Assembly (NCBI GenBank): GCA_002708985.1
Contig: PAPS01000033.1
Coordinates: 71,803 to 135,355 of the forward strand
Origin: Saprospirales bacterium
Lineage (GTDB): Bacteria; Bacteroidota; Bacteroidia; Chitinophagales; UBA8649
DNA: 63,553 nt
Reading direction: 5' to 3'
Position numbers and translations under genes: made by a program. Positions 9,414 through 18,904 of the stretch are shown in pieces (position 1 is the stretch's first letter; the number at the start of each line of letters is the position of its first letter). The notes below the pieces were generated by a model. That model searched no databases and was not told the origin of the DNA. It saw only the letters and a list, made by a program, of their open reading frames with translations.

Positions 9414-9584
9414 TTACTCCTCTCCAGCACCTTCCTCTCCAGCGCCTTCCTCTCCGGCACCTTCCTCTCCAGCGCCTTCTTCAGTGGTCGCCTCATCACC
9501 ATCAGCAGCTTCTTCTTCGCCACCACAAGCAACAACAGTGATTGCTACGAAACCTGCTAATAAAATTGGTAAAAACTTTTTCAT
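9414..9584 (-). CDS. 56-aa acidic lipoprotein with (EEGAG)4 repeat
   Basis: Manual translation: MKKFLPILLAGFVAITVVACGGEEEAADGDEATTEEGAGEEGAGEEGAGEEGAGEE*. Lipobox VVAC, upstream TTTG-N19-TATATTTA promoter match, own terminator. Confidence 0.85.
   Translation of the reverse strand: MKKFLPILLAGFVAITVVACGGEEEAADGDEATTEEGAGEEGAGEEGAGEEGAGEE
9420..9479. repeat. 15-bp tandem repeat x4 (CTCTCC[A/G]GC[A/G]CCTTC), encoding the Glu/Gly/Ala pentapeptide on - strand
   Basis: Units start at 9420, 9435, 9450 and 9465; units 2 and 4 are identical. Confidence 0.95.
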
Positions 9585-9732
9585 GATAAAATTTTTATTG
9601 TTTAAGAATGCCTTAAATATAAACGGGTACTTAAGTAATTCAAAGAGAAGTCACTAACATTTTGTTAAGATGGTTGAATTCGATCTTTATTTAGTCCTTA
9701 AAGGTTCTTCCACTTCCTGTATTTTTGTATTT

Positions 9733-11052
9733 ATGGGTCGCTCGCAAACCTTTGCTCTACATACACTAGGTTGCAAACTAAATTTTGCTGAAGGATCTTC
9801 AATTGGTCAGCAGTTGGAGCAGCAGGGTTGGATGAGGGTGGACTTTGCGCAGCCTTCAGATTGCTACATAATCAACACTTGCTCTGTTACTGCGCAAGCC
9901 GATAAAAAGTGTCGAAACCTCGTTCGTCAGGCGAAACGGAACAATGCCGAAGCTAAGGTCGTAGTCATAGGCTGTTATGCTCAGTTGAAGCCGGAGGCCA
10001 TAGCCTCAATTCCAGGAGTAAACCTGGTGCTTGGCGCTAATGCTAAATTTGATATTGATGTCATCATGGCCACAGATGCTGACACAAATTCTGTATACGT
10101 TGAATCAATCAAAGAAGTAAATCACTTTGATCCAGCCTTCTCACAAAATGATCGAACACGTACCTTTTTAAAAGTTCAAGATGGCTGTGATTACCACTGT
10201 ACGTTTTGTACTATTCCTCTTGCCAGAGGCCGTTCGAGAAGCACTTCGATAGATAAGGTGCTACAGACTGCGTGTAAAGCCATTGAATCAGGAGCCAAAG
10301 AAATTGTATTGACCGGTGTAAATATTGGTGATTTTGGTCGCTCGGAAGATGGACGTCAGCGAGGTGGCGAGAACTTCTATGATTTAATCGTCGCATTGGA
10401 TGACTTAGAGGGTGTCGAGAGGTTTCGAATTTCTAGCATTGAACCCAATCTCTTGACTGATGAAATCATTGATTTTGTAGCATCGTCAAAGAAATTCATG
10501 CCCCACTTTCATATTCCCTTACAAACTGGGGTTGACCGCCTTTTACGCGACATGCGTCGGAAATATGATACCGCATTATATCGCAGTAGAATAAAGCATA
10601 TAAAGGCCGTAATGCCGAATGCCTGTATCGGTGCTGATGTTATTGTTGGTTTCCCAGGAGAGACGGATGAAGACATTCAATGTACCGCCTCCTTTTTACA
10701 AGACTTAGAGGTTAGCTATCTCCACGTGTTTACCTACAGTGAGCGTCAAAATACGAGAGCACCTCGGTTAGCCAATCCAATTCCTGTTCAGAAACGACGT
10801 GAGCGCAACTATATCTTAAGGAATATATCTGGGCGTCTTACTAAACAATTCTATCGCGAACAAGAGAATCATACTTTCCCTGTTCTGTGGGAAGATGGGG
10901 ATGTCAAGGATGATTGGATGTACGGTTACACATCAAATTATATTCGCGTGCGCACGAGACGTAAGCAGCTTGATTTCGGGGGGATAACATCTGTAGTCCT
11001 CAATAAATATCATGAGGAAGAAGGCGTATATTCAATTGATAAGTCACTCTAA
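9733..11052 (+). CDS. mtaB: tRNA t6A37 methylthiotransferase (radical SAM)
   Basis: TLGCKLN, INTCSVT and KVQDGCDYHCTFCTIPLARGRSRS motifs; likely start 9733. Confidence 0.93.
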   Translation: MGRSQTFALHTLGCKLNFAEGSSIGQQLEQQGWMRVDFAQPSDCYIINTCSVTAQADKKCRNLVRQAKRNNAEAKVVVIGCYAQLKPEAIASIPGVNLVLGANAKFDIDVIMATDADTNSVYVESIKEVNHFDPAFSQNDRTRTFLKVQDGCDYHCTFCTIPLARGRSRSTSIDKVLQTACKAIESGAKEIVLTGVNIGDFGRSEDGRQRGGENFYDLIVALDDLEGVERFRISSIEPNLLTDEIIDFVASSKKFMPHFHIPLQTGVDRLLRDMRRKYDTALYRSRIKHIKAVMPNACIGADVIVGFPGETDEDIQCTASFLQDLEVSYLHVFTYSERQNTRAPRLANPIPVQKRRERNYILRNISGRLTKQFYREQENHTFPVLWEDGDVKDDWMYGYTSNYIRVRTRRKQLDFGGITSVVLNKYHEEEGVYSIDKSL

Positions 11053-11068
11053 TCTTGGATTTATAGTT

Positions 11069-12298
11069 ATGGTTTTACGTGCTTACCCCACCGTTTTTGA
11101 CTTTATCAACAACAAGTTGTCCTTTCTATATGTGATATTTCGAGATGGTGAGCCCTTTCCAAGTATGTTCCCCAATACCTACGGTTTTTTTGTTGCGACC
11201 GCTTTCCTCTCGGCTGCCCTTGTTCTTCGTCAAGAACTAAAGCGTCGCGAAGAATTGAAGCTGCTTATCGGCTATCCTCGAGAAATTGTGGTGGGTACAG
11301 GGCCTAATTGGATTCAACTGTTGATTAATGGAGGAATCTCTTTTCTTTTTGGCTATAAGATTATCGGCGCTTTTACAAACATGGATCAAGCAGCCATTGA
11401 TCAGATGGCCTATTTACAAAGTAGCGAGGGAAGTTTATTGGGAGGTTTGCTCGCTATGGCATTATCTATTCTACCTGCCTATCGAAAAGCAAAGAAGGAG
11501 GAATTGCCGAAGCCCGAGCGACGTTGGGTGGACTACATGCCTCATGAGCAAATCGGAGAGATGGTTATTATCGCTGCAATTTTTGGTATTCTTGGCGCTA
11601 AGATTTTTGATTTTTTACAACCAGATCGTATTCAATACTTCTTTAAGAACATGGGGAATCTATTGAGTAATCCTGCTTTGTTTGTCAGTGGCCTGACGGT
11701 TTATGGTGGGTTGATTTTTGGTGGTCTTGCTATATTGGTTTTAGCATACCGTCGTAAAATTCATATCGCTCATTTGTTTGATGCGCTTGGATTGAGTTTC
11801 CTACTTGCTCAAGGAATAGGTCGTTTAGGGTGTCACTTTTCAGGTGATGGAGATTGGGGAATTGTTAACCTAAATCCAAGGCCAAGTTGGATTCCTGAAT
11901 CTTGGTGGTCAAACACTTATGCACACAATGTAATCAATGCGGGAGAGCCCATTCCAGGATGCACGGGTCAATACTGCTATGAACTTTCAGCGGGTGTTTA
12001 TCCCACTAGCATCTATGAATTTTTTCTTTTCCTAGGAGGATTTCTCATGCTGTTTTTGCTCAGAAAAAGACTTACCCCTAGACCGGGGCTTCTTTTTGCT
12101 GGCTTTTTAATTTTTGCGGGTGTTGAGCGTTTTTTGATCGAAGGTATTAGGGTGACGTCTGCGGCAAGCGCGTTGGGTTTGACTCAAGCTCAGATCATAT
12201 CCATAGGTATGATTCTAGGGGGGATGGGATTAATAATTTATAAGTTCAAATCAAACTTGTTTAGTTATACCTCATCGATGAAGGACGGGGACAATTAG
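11069..12298 (+). CDS. lgt: Prolipoprotein diacylglyceryl transferase (long Bacteroidota form)
   Basis: GLTVYGGLIFG, GIGRLGCHFSGDGDWG, YPTSIYE and ERFLIEGIR motifs. Confidence 0.88.
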   Translation: MVLRAYPTVFDFINNKLSFLYVIFRDGEPFPSMFPNTYGFFVATAFLSAALVLRQELKRREELKLLIGYPREIVVGTGPNWIQLLINGGISFLFGYKIIGAFTNMDQAAIDQMAYLQSSEGSLLGGLLAMALSILPAYRKAKKEELPKPERRWVDYMPHEQIGEMVIIAAIFGILGAKIFDFLQPDRIQYFFKNMGNLLSNPALFVSGLTVYGGLIFGGLAILVLAYRRKIHIAHLFDALGLSFLLAQGIGRLGCHFSGDGDWGIVNLNPRPSWIPESWWSNTYAHNVINAGEPIPGCTGQYCYELSAGVYPTSIYEFFLFLGGFLMLFLLRKRLTPRPGLLFAGFLIFAGVERFLIEGIRVTSAASALGLTQAQIISIGMILGGMGLIIYKFKSNLFSYTSSMKDGDN

Positions 12299-12994
12299 TC
12301 CTGTGAGACTTCCTGCAATATACCCAGTGATTACATCACTCCAGAAATGTTTTCCTGCTCGGTATCGAAGAATTCCTGTCCCCAAAGGCAGAATGACAGC
12401 CGATGTCCAAACTAAGGGCATCCATTTAGCTCCCTTATGATAGTGTTGGAGGGTTATTGCACTAAACATGGACATGGAGGCAGCAGTCGACGTATGCCCT
12501 GAATACATAGAAGTAGTGGCATCTCTCGAAGTCTTCATAGACATGGGTACATCGGGATTATAGACGTAGGGACGCGGTCTTCGGATAAGTTCTTTGGTTA
12601 GTCCAGTTAGCCCCAAATTCAAAAAAAAGACTTCTACTCCTAATGCAGTGGGTTTTTCCCAATCCTTACGAATTTTTTGGCTTGACATGAGGAGTAAAGG
12701 GCTTGCTATGGCGGTTAACATCAAGGCATCGGAGAGTTGAGCTGATTTAGGTCGCCATTGATAGACTGCCCTTCGATCAAATGCATTGATCTCTGACATC
12801 GTTAGATTGGCTATGTTTTCCTCAGTCAGAATTGGCTTGTTCAGATGAAAATAATAGGAAAGGCCTGCTGTACCGAGTCCTGCAATGGGTATAGCAATTT
12901 CAGTAGAGTTACGAAACGTATACGGTGATGTATGTTGACCCTTTGCATTCGAGATAAAACTACTTATTAGCAAAATCCAGAGGAAAAAGCGCAT
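12272..12994 (-). CDS. PAP2-family phosphatase
   Basis: KELIRRPRP, SMYSGHTS and RYRAGKHFWSDV motifs. Confidence 0.88.
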   Translation of the reverse strand: MRFFLWILLISSFISNAKGQHTSPYTFRNSTEIAIPIAGLGTAGLSYYFHLNKPILTEENIANLTMSEINAFDRRAVYQWRPKSAQLSDALMLTAIASPLLLMSSQKIRKDWEKPTALGVEVFFLNLGLTGLTKELIRRPRPYVYNPDVPMSMKTSRDATTSMYSGHTSTAASMSMFSAITLQHYHKGAKWMPLVWTSAVILPLGTGILRYRAGKHFWSDVITGYIAGSLTGLIVPVLHR

Positions 12995-12996
12995 GA

Positions 12997-14199
12997 CTAT
13001 CTCGAAGTTGTAAATAATATGGATAAGTCCGTTGCTTTTAGATTAAATCTTCTCGCTAGCACACTTCGAGTAAGTTGTCCACGGTACATGTAGACTCCTC
13101 TCGCGATGCCGTTGTCCTCTTGCATCAAATGATGTATCCCTCCGTAGTCCATTGACCTAGATAACATGGGGCCAAGGAGATGGCTTAGAGCAATAGAAGC
13201 CGTCTTTGAAAACCTAGACGGAATATTGGTAAGACCGCAATGCCAAACATCATGAATGGATTGAAAGGGTTGCTCGTGGCTCGTTATCACAGAGGTCTCA
13301 ATACATCCACCTTGGTCTATACTTACATCGATAATTACAGATCCTGATTTCATATTCGCTACCATATGCTCACTGATAACGATGGGTGATCGACCAGTTT
13401 TAGAATGAAGTGCGCCGATTACAACATCTGTATTCTCAAGGACTTTGGCTATGAGTTGTGTGTCTAGGATATTAGTAAAGAGTTGTTCTCCTACATGATC
13501 TTGGAGTTTCGATAGCTTGTTGATATCATCATCCATGACGGTGACGGTTGCACCAAAGCCACGAGCTGCTCGCGCAGCATAGCGACCCGCAATTCCTGCC
13601 CCAAGAATTAGTACGCTAATCGGCTCAACACCATTGAGTCCTCCGAAGAGTTTTCCTCCGGTTTCGTTTCGTTGACCTAGCGCTTCAGAAGCTAAGAAAA
13701 TCGAAGCATAACCCGCAATTTCACTCATGGCTTTTACAAAGGGGAAGGAACGTCCCTCTCGGCTTCTGAAAAACTCAAATGCTAAAGCGGTTACTTTTTT
13801 CTTCGCGAGTTTATCAAGTAAACTCGTATCAAATGATGACAGTTGTAATGGGGAAATGATAATCTGCTCTTGAGAGGCATTATCAGCATCTCTTTTATCT
13901 AATGGACAAATCTTTAAAAGGATATGTGATTTATAAATCTCTTTTACATCCGAGGTGATGACTGCTCCCGCTTCAGCATACAAATTATCTGGGAATCCTG
14001 CACGTTTCCCTGCGCCAATTTCTACTAGTACTCGATAGCCATCGGCCGTCAGCATTTCAACATTTCGAGGAGTGAGGACTACACGTTTCTCCTCCGATGA
14101 AGTGGACTTAAGAATACCTATGTCGAGAGATCCTTTTCGCTCGGCTACTAATGAAGGCGACTCAAGGGGTTGTAATCCTAATTTTGAAGTAAGACCCAT
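12997..14199 (-). CDS. Alanine dehydrogenase/PNT-family NAD-binding protein (about 400-aa Bacteroidota type)
   Basis: EKRVVLTP, MSEIAG, ILGAGIAG and DVSIDQGGCIETS present; the canonical KVKEP and YLHL motifs are altered. Confidence 0.8.
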   Translation of the reverse strand: MGLTSKLGLQPLESPSLVAERKGSLDIGILKSTSSEEKRVVLTPRNVEMLTADGYRVLVEIGAGKRAGFPDNLYAEAGAVITSDVKEIYKSHILLKICPLDKRDADNASQEQIIISPLQLSSFDTSLLDKLAKKKVTALAFEFFRSREGRSFPFVKAMSEIAGYASIFLASEALGQRNETGGKLFGGLNGVEPISVLILGAGIAGRYAARAARGFGATVTVMDDDINKLSKLQDHVGEQLFTNILDTQLIAKVLENTDVVIGALHSKTGRSPIVISEHMVANMKSGSVIIDVSIDQGGCIETSVITSHEQPFQSIHDVWHCGLTNIPSRFSKTASIALSHLLGPMLSRSMDYGGIHHLMQEDNGIARGVYMYRGQLTRSVLARRFNLKATDLSILFTTSR

Positions 14200-14200
14200 G

Positions 14201-14647
14201 TCAGACGGTTATTCCTTTTAAAATACGAAATTCTCTTTGAGACTCATCTTCTTCAATATGGATAATTGAAAAAGGAATCATCTCTTGCTCGAGGTAGGTC
14301 TCTATAAGTTCTGGCCATTCTATAAAACAAACATCCTTCTTTTCCAACGATTCAAAAATGTCGAGTTCTATAAATTCTTCGAGTGATTGCAGTCTGTAAA
14401 GATCTAAATGATGGCATACATTTCCATTCTTCATTGGGTATTGGTGCCAAAGGCTATAGGTAGGGCTGTTGACTTCTGGATATGCTCCATATTGACGAAC
14501 AAACTGCTTTACCATACTTGTTTTCCCTGCTCCTACTGGTCCAACGCAACACCAGATGTGGCCCGTAGGCTGTTCTGCGATCCAAGAACAAAGAAGATGC
14601 AAGTCATCGGGGGATTTGCTGATGTGTCGATGAAGGATATCGCTCAT
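14201..14647 (-). CDS. tsaE: tRNA threonylcarbamoyladenosine biosynthesis ATPase
   Basis: GPVGAGKT, VNSPTYSL, HLDLYRL and FIEWPE motifs. ATG 14647 overlaps the porX stop (TAATG). Confidence 0.92.
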   Translation of the reverse strand: MSDILHRHISKSPDDLHLLCSWIAEQPTGHIWCCVGPVGAGKTSMVKQFVRQYGAYPEVNSPTYSLWHQYPMKNGNVCHHLDLYRLQSLEEFIELDIFESLEKKDVCFIEWPELIETYLEQEMIPFSIIHIEEDESQREFRILKGITV

Positions 14648-16209
14648 TATCCTTTTGGCTTTAAGTGTATCCATGGAATAATCATCTCCTCTAAAGACAC
14701 TCCTCCATGCTGAAAGCTGTCACTGAAATGGTTGGCGAAATGTGCGAAATTGTTGGGATAGGCAAAAAAGTTTTCATCCTTGGCAAAGATGTACTCTGCT
14801 CCCAAACTCGGACTAGGTAGACCTATAGAGCTTGGATCTTTGATTCGAATTACGTCTTTAGATTGATAAGTGAGCTTTCGTCCGGCCTTATATCTAGTAT
14901 TAGAGGTGATGGATTGTTCACCTGAGCACTTACTTGCTGTTTTGACACGCTTGGTTCCATGGTCGGTCGTTAGGATGACCTCTACATCTTTTTGGGCAAG
15001 AGCAATTAATGCTTGGCGCAGCGGACTGTTTTTAAACCAGCTTTCTGTCAATGATCGGTAGCTTCTATCATCACTGGCGAGTTCTTTAATTACCTCCATA
15101 TCGGTTTTCGCATGGGATAGCATATCTACAAAGTTGTAAACTATGGCAGTTACATCATGGTTGAGTACGTTTAAGGCTCTAGCTTCTAGCGATTTACCCA
15201 TCTCGTAATTGGCAACCTTAAAGAAGTCCACCTTGTCAATTAGAGTAGACTTTCGTTCGATAAATGACTTAAAGTGTTGCTCCTCATGTTTGTTTTTGCT
15301 GCCTTCTGCCTGTTCATCAATCCATAAGGAAGGGTAGTGCTTAATAATATCATTAGGCAGTAATCCTGAAAACAAGGCATTTCGAGCATATTGAGTTGCT
15401 GTAGGAAGAATACTGAAATACAGGGATTCATTTTGTATTGTGTATTGATCCGTCAAAAACTTTTGGAGTACTTTCCATTGGTCATAGCGCAGATTGTCTA
15501 TGACCAGCAAGAGGGTGTGTTTTGCTTTGTGACAGGTTGGAAGAAACCACTTTTCTAGTACCTGATGGGAGAAGATCACGTCCTCCTCATCATTAAGTAG
15601 TCGAATATAATTGTGTTCAATAAATTTTGTAAATGCGCGATTGGCTTCTCTTTTTTGCATTTGGAAAATCTCGTGGACATCGACCGATGCCGATTTGTCG
15701 AGTTCCAATTCCCACCAAACAAGTTCTTTATAGAAATCAATCCAACCTTTGCAATCTTGTAATTCTTGGATTTTGGTGAACATCTTTTGAAAGGCTTGCT
15801 GATAGTTGGTGGTCGTTCTCTCCCGAATCAATGTCTTGTCTTCAGTAAGCTTTTTGATGCTCGATAGCAATTGCTGTGACTTAACTGGTTTGATGAGGTA
15901 GTCGGAGATCTGTGCTCCGATAGCATCTTCCATCAGATCTTCCTCTTCATTTTTGGTTACCATGACCATGGGAAGTTGGGGCCGCATGGTTTTAAGGATA
16001 TCTAATGTTTCTAATCCACTCAGTCCAGCCATGCTCTCATCCAACAGGACAATGTCGATGGCTTTATTGGCCTTTAAATAATCAATGGCATCCCTTCCAT
16101 TGGTAAGACCAACTACCTCATAACCCTTCGATTCTAAGAAAAGTAGTTGGGGTTTTAAGAGGTCAATTTCATCATCGACCCACATGATGATCTTCTTGGA
16201 GCTATTCAT
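14647..16209 (-). CDS. porX: T9SS response regulator PorX (REC plus PglZ/alkaline-phosphatase domain)
   Basis: WVDDEIDLLKP, LLDE, TKNEEE, ILPTATQYARNA, NFVDMLSH, TDHG and FQHGGVSLEEM motifs; adjacent to tsaE. Confidence 0.9.
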   Translation of the reverse strand: MNSSKKIIMWVDDEIDLLKPQLLFLESKGYEVVGLTNGRDAIDYLKANKAIDIVLLDESMAGLSGLETLDILKTMRPQLPMVMVTKNEEEDLMEDAIGAQISDYLIKPVKSQQLLSSIKKLTEDKTLIRERTTTNYQQAFQKMFTKIQELQDCKGWIDFYKELVWWELELDKSASVDVHEIFQMQKREANRAFTKFIEHNYIRLLNDEEDVIFSHQVLEKWFLPTCHKAKHTLLLVIDNLRYDQWKVLQKFLTDQYTIQNESLYFSILPTATQYARNALFSGLLPNDIIKHYPSLWIDEQAEGSKNKHEEQHFKSFIERKSTLIDKVDFFKVANYEMGKSLEARALNVLNHDVTAIVYNFVDMLSHAKTDMEVIKELASDDRSYRSLTESWFKNSPLRQALIALAQKDVEVILTTDHGTKRVKTASKCSGEQSITSNTRYKAGRKLTYQSKDVIRIKDPSSIGLPSPSLGAEYIFAKDENFFAYPNNFAHFANHFSDSFQHGGVSLEEMIIPWIHLKPKG

Positions 16210-17603
16210 TACTGCTTAATCAATGGGATAAACTCCTTGATGCCATTCGTAAATTCAATTTGAACAATGTAGTGCCCAGGTAAAAGTGAAGAGATATCCA
16301 TTGTATTGATTTTTGTTTGTGGAATATTTGATGCTACATGAATTCCATCGACTGAGTAAATGGATATATCTCTTCCTTTAACATCTGAAGGCCATGTAAT
16401 TGTGATTTCATCAGCGCTTGGATTAGGATAAATTGTAGACTTCCCTGCCTCTAATGCGTGAAGATTTGTACTTGGTCCGTTTTCACGAAACTTGCCGTCG
16501 ATAATTCGAACATCATTTACATAAACATCTGCCATTCCTGTTCTTCCGATAACGACCATAGCGCGCATGAGGCCGGCTTGTTGAGACGTGAATGTAACTT
16601 GACAAGATTCAGTGGAATAGTCCATGTAATTTTCAATCATATCGGGAAGATCATTTGGATCTCCATCACCACAGGAATTTTTCGTCTTATCGCATCCCGT
16701 TGCTTGCGAATTGTTACCTGCATTTGGGGTATCGTCAAATCCGTCATCAAGGCTTGGGTCACAGTCTACACCTCCAAAGAGCGGGTTTCCTGCATCACCC
16801 CAAATATGGCGAAGACCTAAATAGTGTCCCATCTCGTGAACGGGTGTGCGTCCTTGATCAGCAATCGACAGCAATCCTGTTGCTAAAGGGTTGTTCGGTC
16901 CGAAGACTTTGTAATGGATAACAATTCCTTCATATTGTTCCTGAGTATTTTGTAATTCCGATGGCCAATTAGGAGCCTCAATGGGTGGGTAGGCAAATCC
17001 GAGGGCTGCATCGCCAAGTAAAGGAATGGATAAATCACATACCCAAATGTTTAAATATTCGTCGGTGGGCCACGCATTTTTACCACCTGTTGTGCTATCC
17101 TTTACTAAGTCTAAGGAAGTAATACTTCCAAAACTTGTGACGGACGTATTGGTTCTTGTGATTCCATTGGTTGGATTTCCGTTGGGATCAATATCAGCTA
17201 AAAAGAATTCGATACCTGCATCGGCTGCAACAGGGAGAAAAATACTTCGTAAGTCGGACGTGTCTGCATTCTTCCTTCGAAAATCTCGAGTGAGGACATC
17301 GATTTGGTCCTGAATCAATTGTTCGTCTAGGTTTTCAGCAGCCTCATTGTATACAATATGGACAACTACGGGAAAGCGATAAATTGTATCGGGACTTTGC
17401 TGCTTTGCATGCTGACCTACAGAATGATGTGAGGCATAATCAAGTGCTTTGAGAAAAAGTTTTTTGCGAGCCTCTTGGAAGCCCGGATAGCTATATTCGA
17501 AATAATTATTTAGGACATGATCTTGATAACACTTTGTGACATATTGCCCAGTAGAGAACTGAGCTAAACTAATCATCAGAACAAGTGTCCAAAATCTTTC
17601 CAT
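16209..17603 (-). CDS. M43 (pappalysin/ulilysin-like) zinc metalloprotease with T9SS type A C-terminal domain
   Basis: PVVVHIVY, HEMGHYLGLRHIWGD, Met-turn NYMDY; CTD IYPNPS...GHYIVQI...LIKQ. Confidence 0.9.
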   Translation of the reverse strand: MERFWTLVLMISLAQFSTGQYVTKCYQDHVLNNYFEYSYPGFQEARKKLFLKALDYASHHSVGQHAKQQSPDTIYRFPVVVHIVYNEAAENLDEQLIQDQIDVLTRDFRRKNADTSDLRSIFLPVAADAGIEFFLADIDPNGNPTNGITRTNTSVTSFGSITSLDLVKDSTTGGKNAWPTDEYLNIWVCDLSIPLLGDAALGFAYPPIEAPNWPSELQNTQEQYEGIVIHYKVFGPNNPLATGLLSIADQGRTPVHEMGHYLGLRHIWGDAGNPLFGGVDCDPSLDDGFDDTPNAGNNSQATGCDKTKNSCGDGDPNDLPDMIENYMDYSTESCQVTFTSQQAGLMRAMVVIGRTGMADVYVNDVRIIDGKFRENGPSTNLHALEAGKSTIYPNPSADEITITWPSDVKGRDISIYSVDGIHVASNIPQTKINTMDISSLLPGHYIVQIEFTNGIKEFIPLIKQ

Positions 17604-17666
17604 AATGGCTTTTGTTTAAATATACATGGAAAAGGCAATACCTTTGATGTTATAAAAAGGAATGAT

Positions 17667-18887
17667 TTGAATCGATTCAAGGTATTTAACGACCCTATTC
17701 ATGGCTTTATAAGTATTGAGAGTGCCTTGATTTTTAAATTGATTGAGCACCCTTGGTTTCAACGCCTACGAAGAATCAAACAGCTCGGACTTACCGATTA
17801 TGTTTATCCGGGAGCGATTCACACGCGTTTTCACCATGCTATTGGAGCCTATCACATCATGCGACAGGCCTTATGGACTTTGCGTCGCAAAGGGCATGAG
17901 ATTTCCAAGCAAGAAGAAGAAGCATCGCTTATTGCCATCCTGCTTCATGATATGGGGCACGGCCCTTTTTCCCATACTTTAGAAAAATGTTTGATCCCTG
18001 AGGTCAATCATGAGCGCATTACCATATTGTTTATGGAGCGCCTCAATGCTCAATTTAATGGTGAACTCGACTTAGCCTTGGATATCTTTCATGATCGCTA
18101 TCCAAGAAGATTCTTTCATGATTTAGTGAGTTCTCAGTTGGATATGGATCGCTTGGATTATCTCTCTCGTGATAGCTTTTTTACTGGGGTTAATGAGGGG
18201 AATGTCAATCATGTGCGAATCATCGACATGATCGATGTTTTAGATGATCATATTGTAGTAGAAGCCAAAGGAATTCATTCCATAGAAAAGTTCTTACAAA
18301 GTCGACGCTTTATGTATTGGCAAGTCTACTTGCACAAAACAGTGGTTTGCGCAGAAAGTATGCTGGTAAAAGTCATGGAACGGGCCCTAGAAATTCATGA
18401 AGAAACGGGTAAGCTAACTGCGAGTCCTGTCTTGCAATTTTTTCTTGATAATCGGGTAGATGTTGATCGCTTTCTCCGCGACGACGCCGTCCTAGATACT
18501 TTTGCTAAGCTCGATGACTACGACATCTTCTCCGCGGTAAAAGAATGGATGAACCACGAGGATGCCGTCCTTTCTTATCTCTGCCGATGCTTGATTGATC
18601 GTAAACTTTTTAAGATTGAAGTTTTTGACGAGGCTGTGGGCTTTGACCTTGATTTAAAGCGTCAAGAAGTAGCGGAGGTGTTGCATACTCATAAAGATGC
18701 GGTTAAGCACGCGGTGTATACCTTTGCCATGAGTCATTCACTGTATGACAAAAATCAAACACGCATCAAAATTCTCTATAAAAACGGTAAGGTTCGTGAG
18801 ATATCAGAGGCTAGTGAGCAGTGGGATGAAAAGTCGTGGCTAAAGAATACGACTAAGTACTATTTATGTACGCCTAAATTGGGATAA
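17667..18887 (+). CDS. HD-domain phosphohydrolase (SAMHD1/dNTPase-like)
   Basis: DPIHG, FQRLRRIKQLG, HTRFHH, HDMGHGPFSH and DMDRLDYL motifs; TTG start; TACCTTTG -7 box at 17639-17646. Confidence 0.9.
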   Translation: MNRFKVFNDPIHGFISIESALIFKLIEHPWFQRLRRIKQLGLTDYVYPGAIHTRFHHAIGAYHIMRQALWTLRRKGHEISKQEEEASLIAILLHDMGHGPFSHTLEKCLIPEVNHERITILFMERLNAQFNGELDLALDIFHDRYPRRFFHDLVSSQLDMDRLDYLSRDSFFTGVNEGNVNHVRIIDMIDVLDDHIVVEAKGIHSIEKFLQSRRFMYWQVYLHKTVVCAESMLVKVMERALEIHEETGKLTASPVLQFFLDNRVDVDRFLRDDAVLDTFAKLDDYDIFSAVKEWMNHEDAVLSYLCRCLIDRKLFKIEVFDEAVGFDLDLKRQEVAEVLHTHKDAVKHAVYTFAMSHSLYDKNQTRIKILYKNGKVREISEASEQWDEKSWLKNTTKYYLCTPKLG

Positions 18888-18904
18888 TTCCCTATTTTTC
18901 AAGT

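Noticed and set aside
9334-9657. + strand ORF with (SSPAP)n repeat
   Set aside because: Antisense shadow of the 56-aa lipoprotein, which has a lipobox, promoter and terminator on the - strand.
14647-16209. PglZ domain as a BREX defence component
   Set aside because: The REC-PglZ architecture next to tsaE is PorX, and no other brx genes are in the window.
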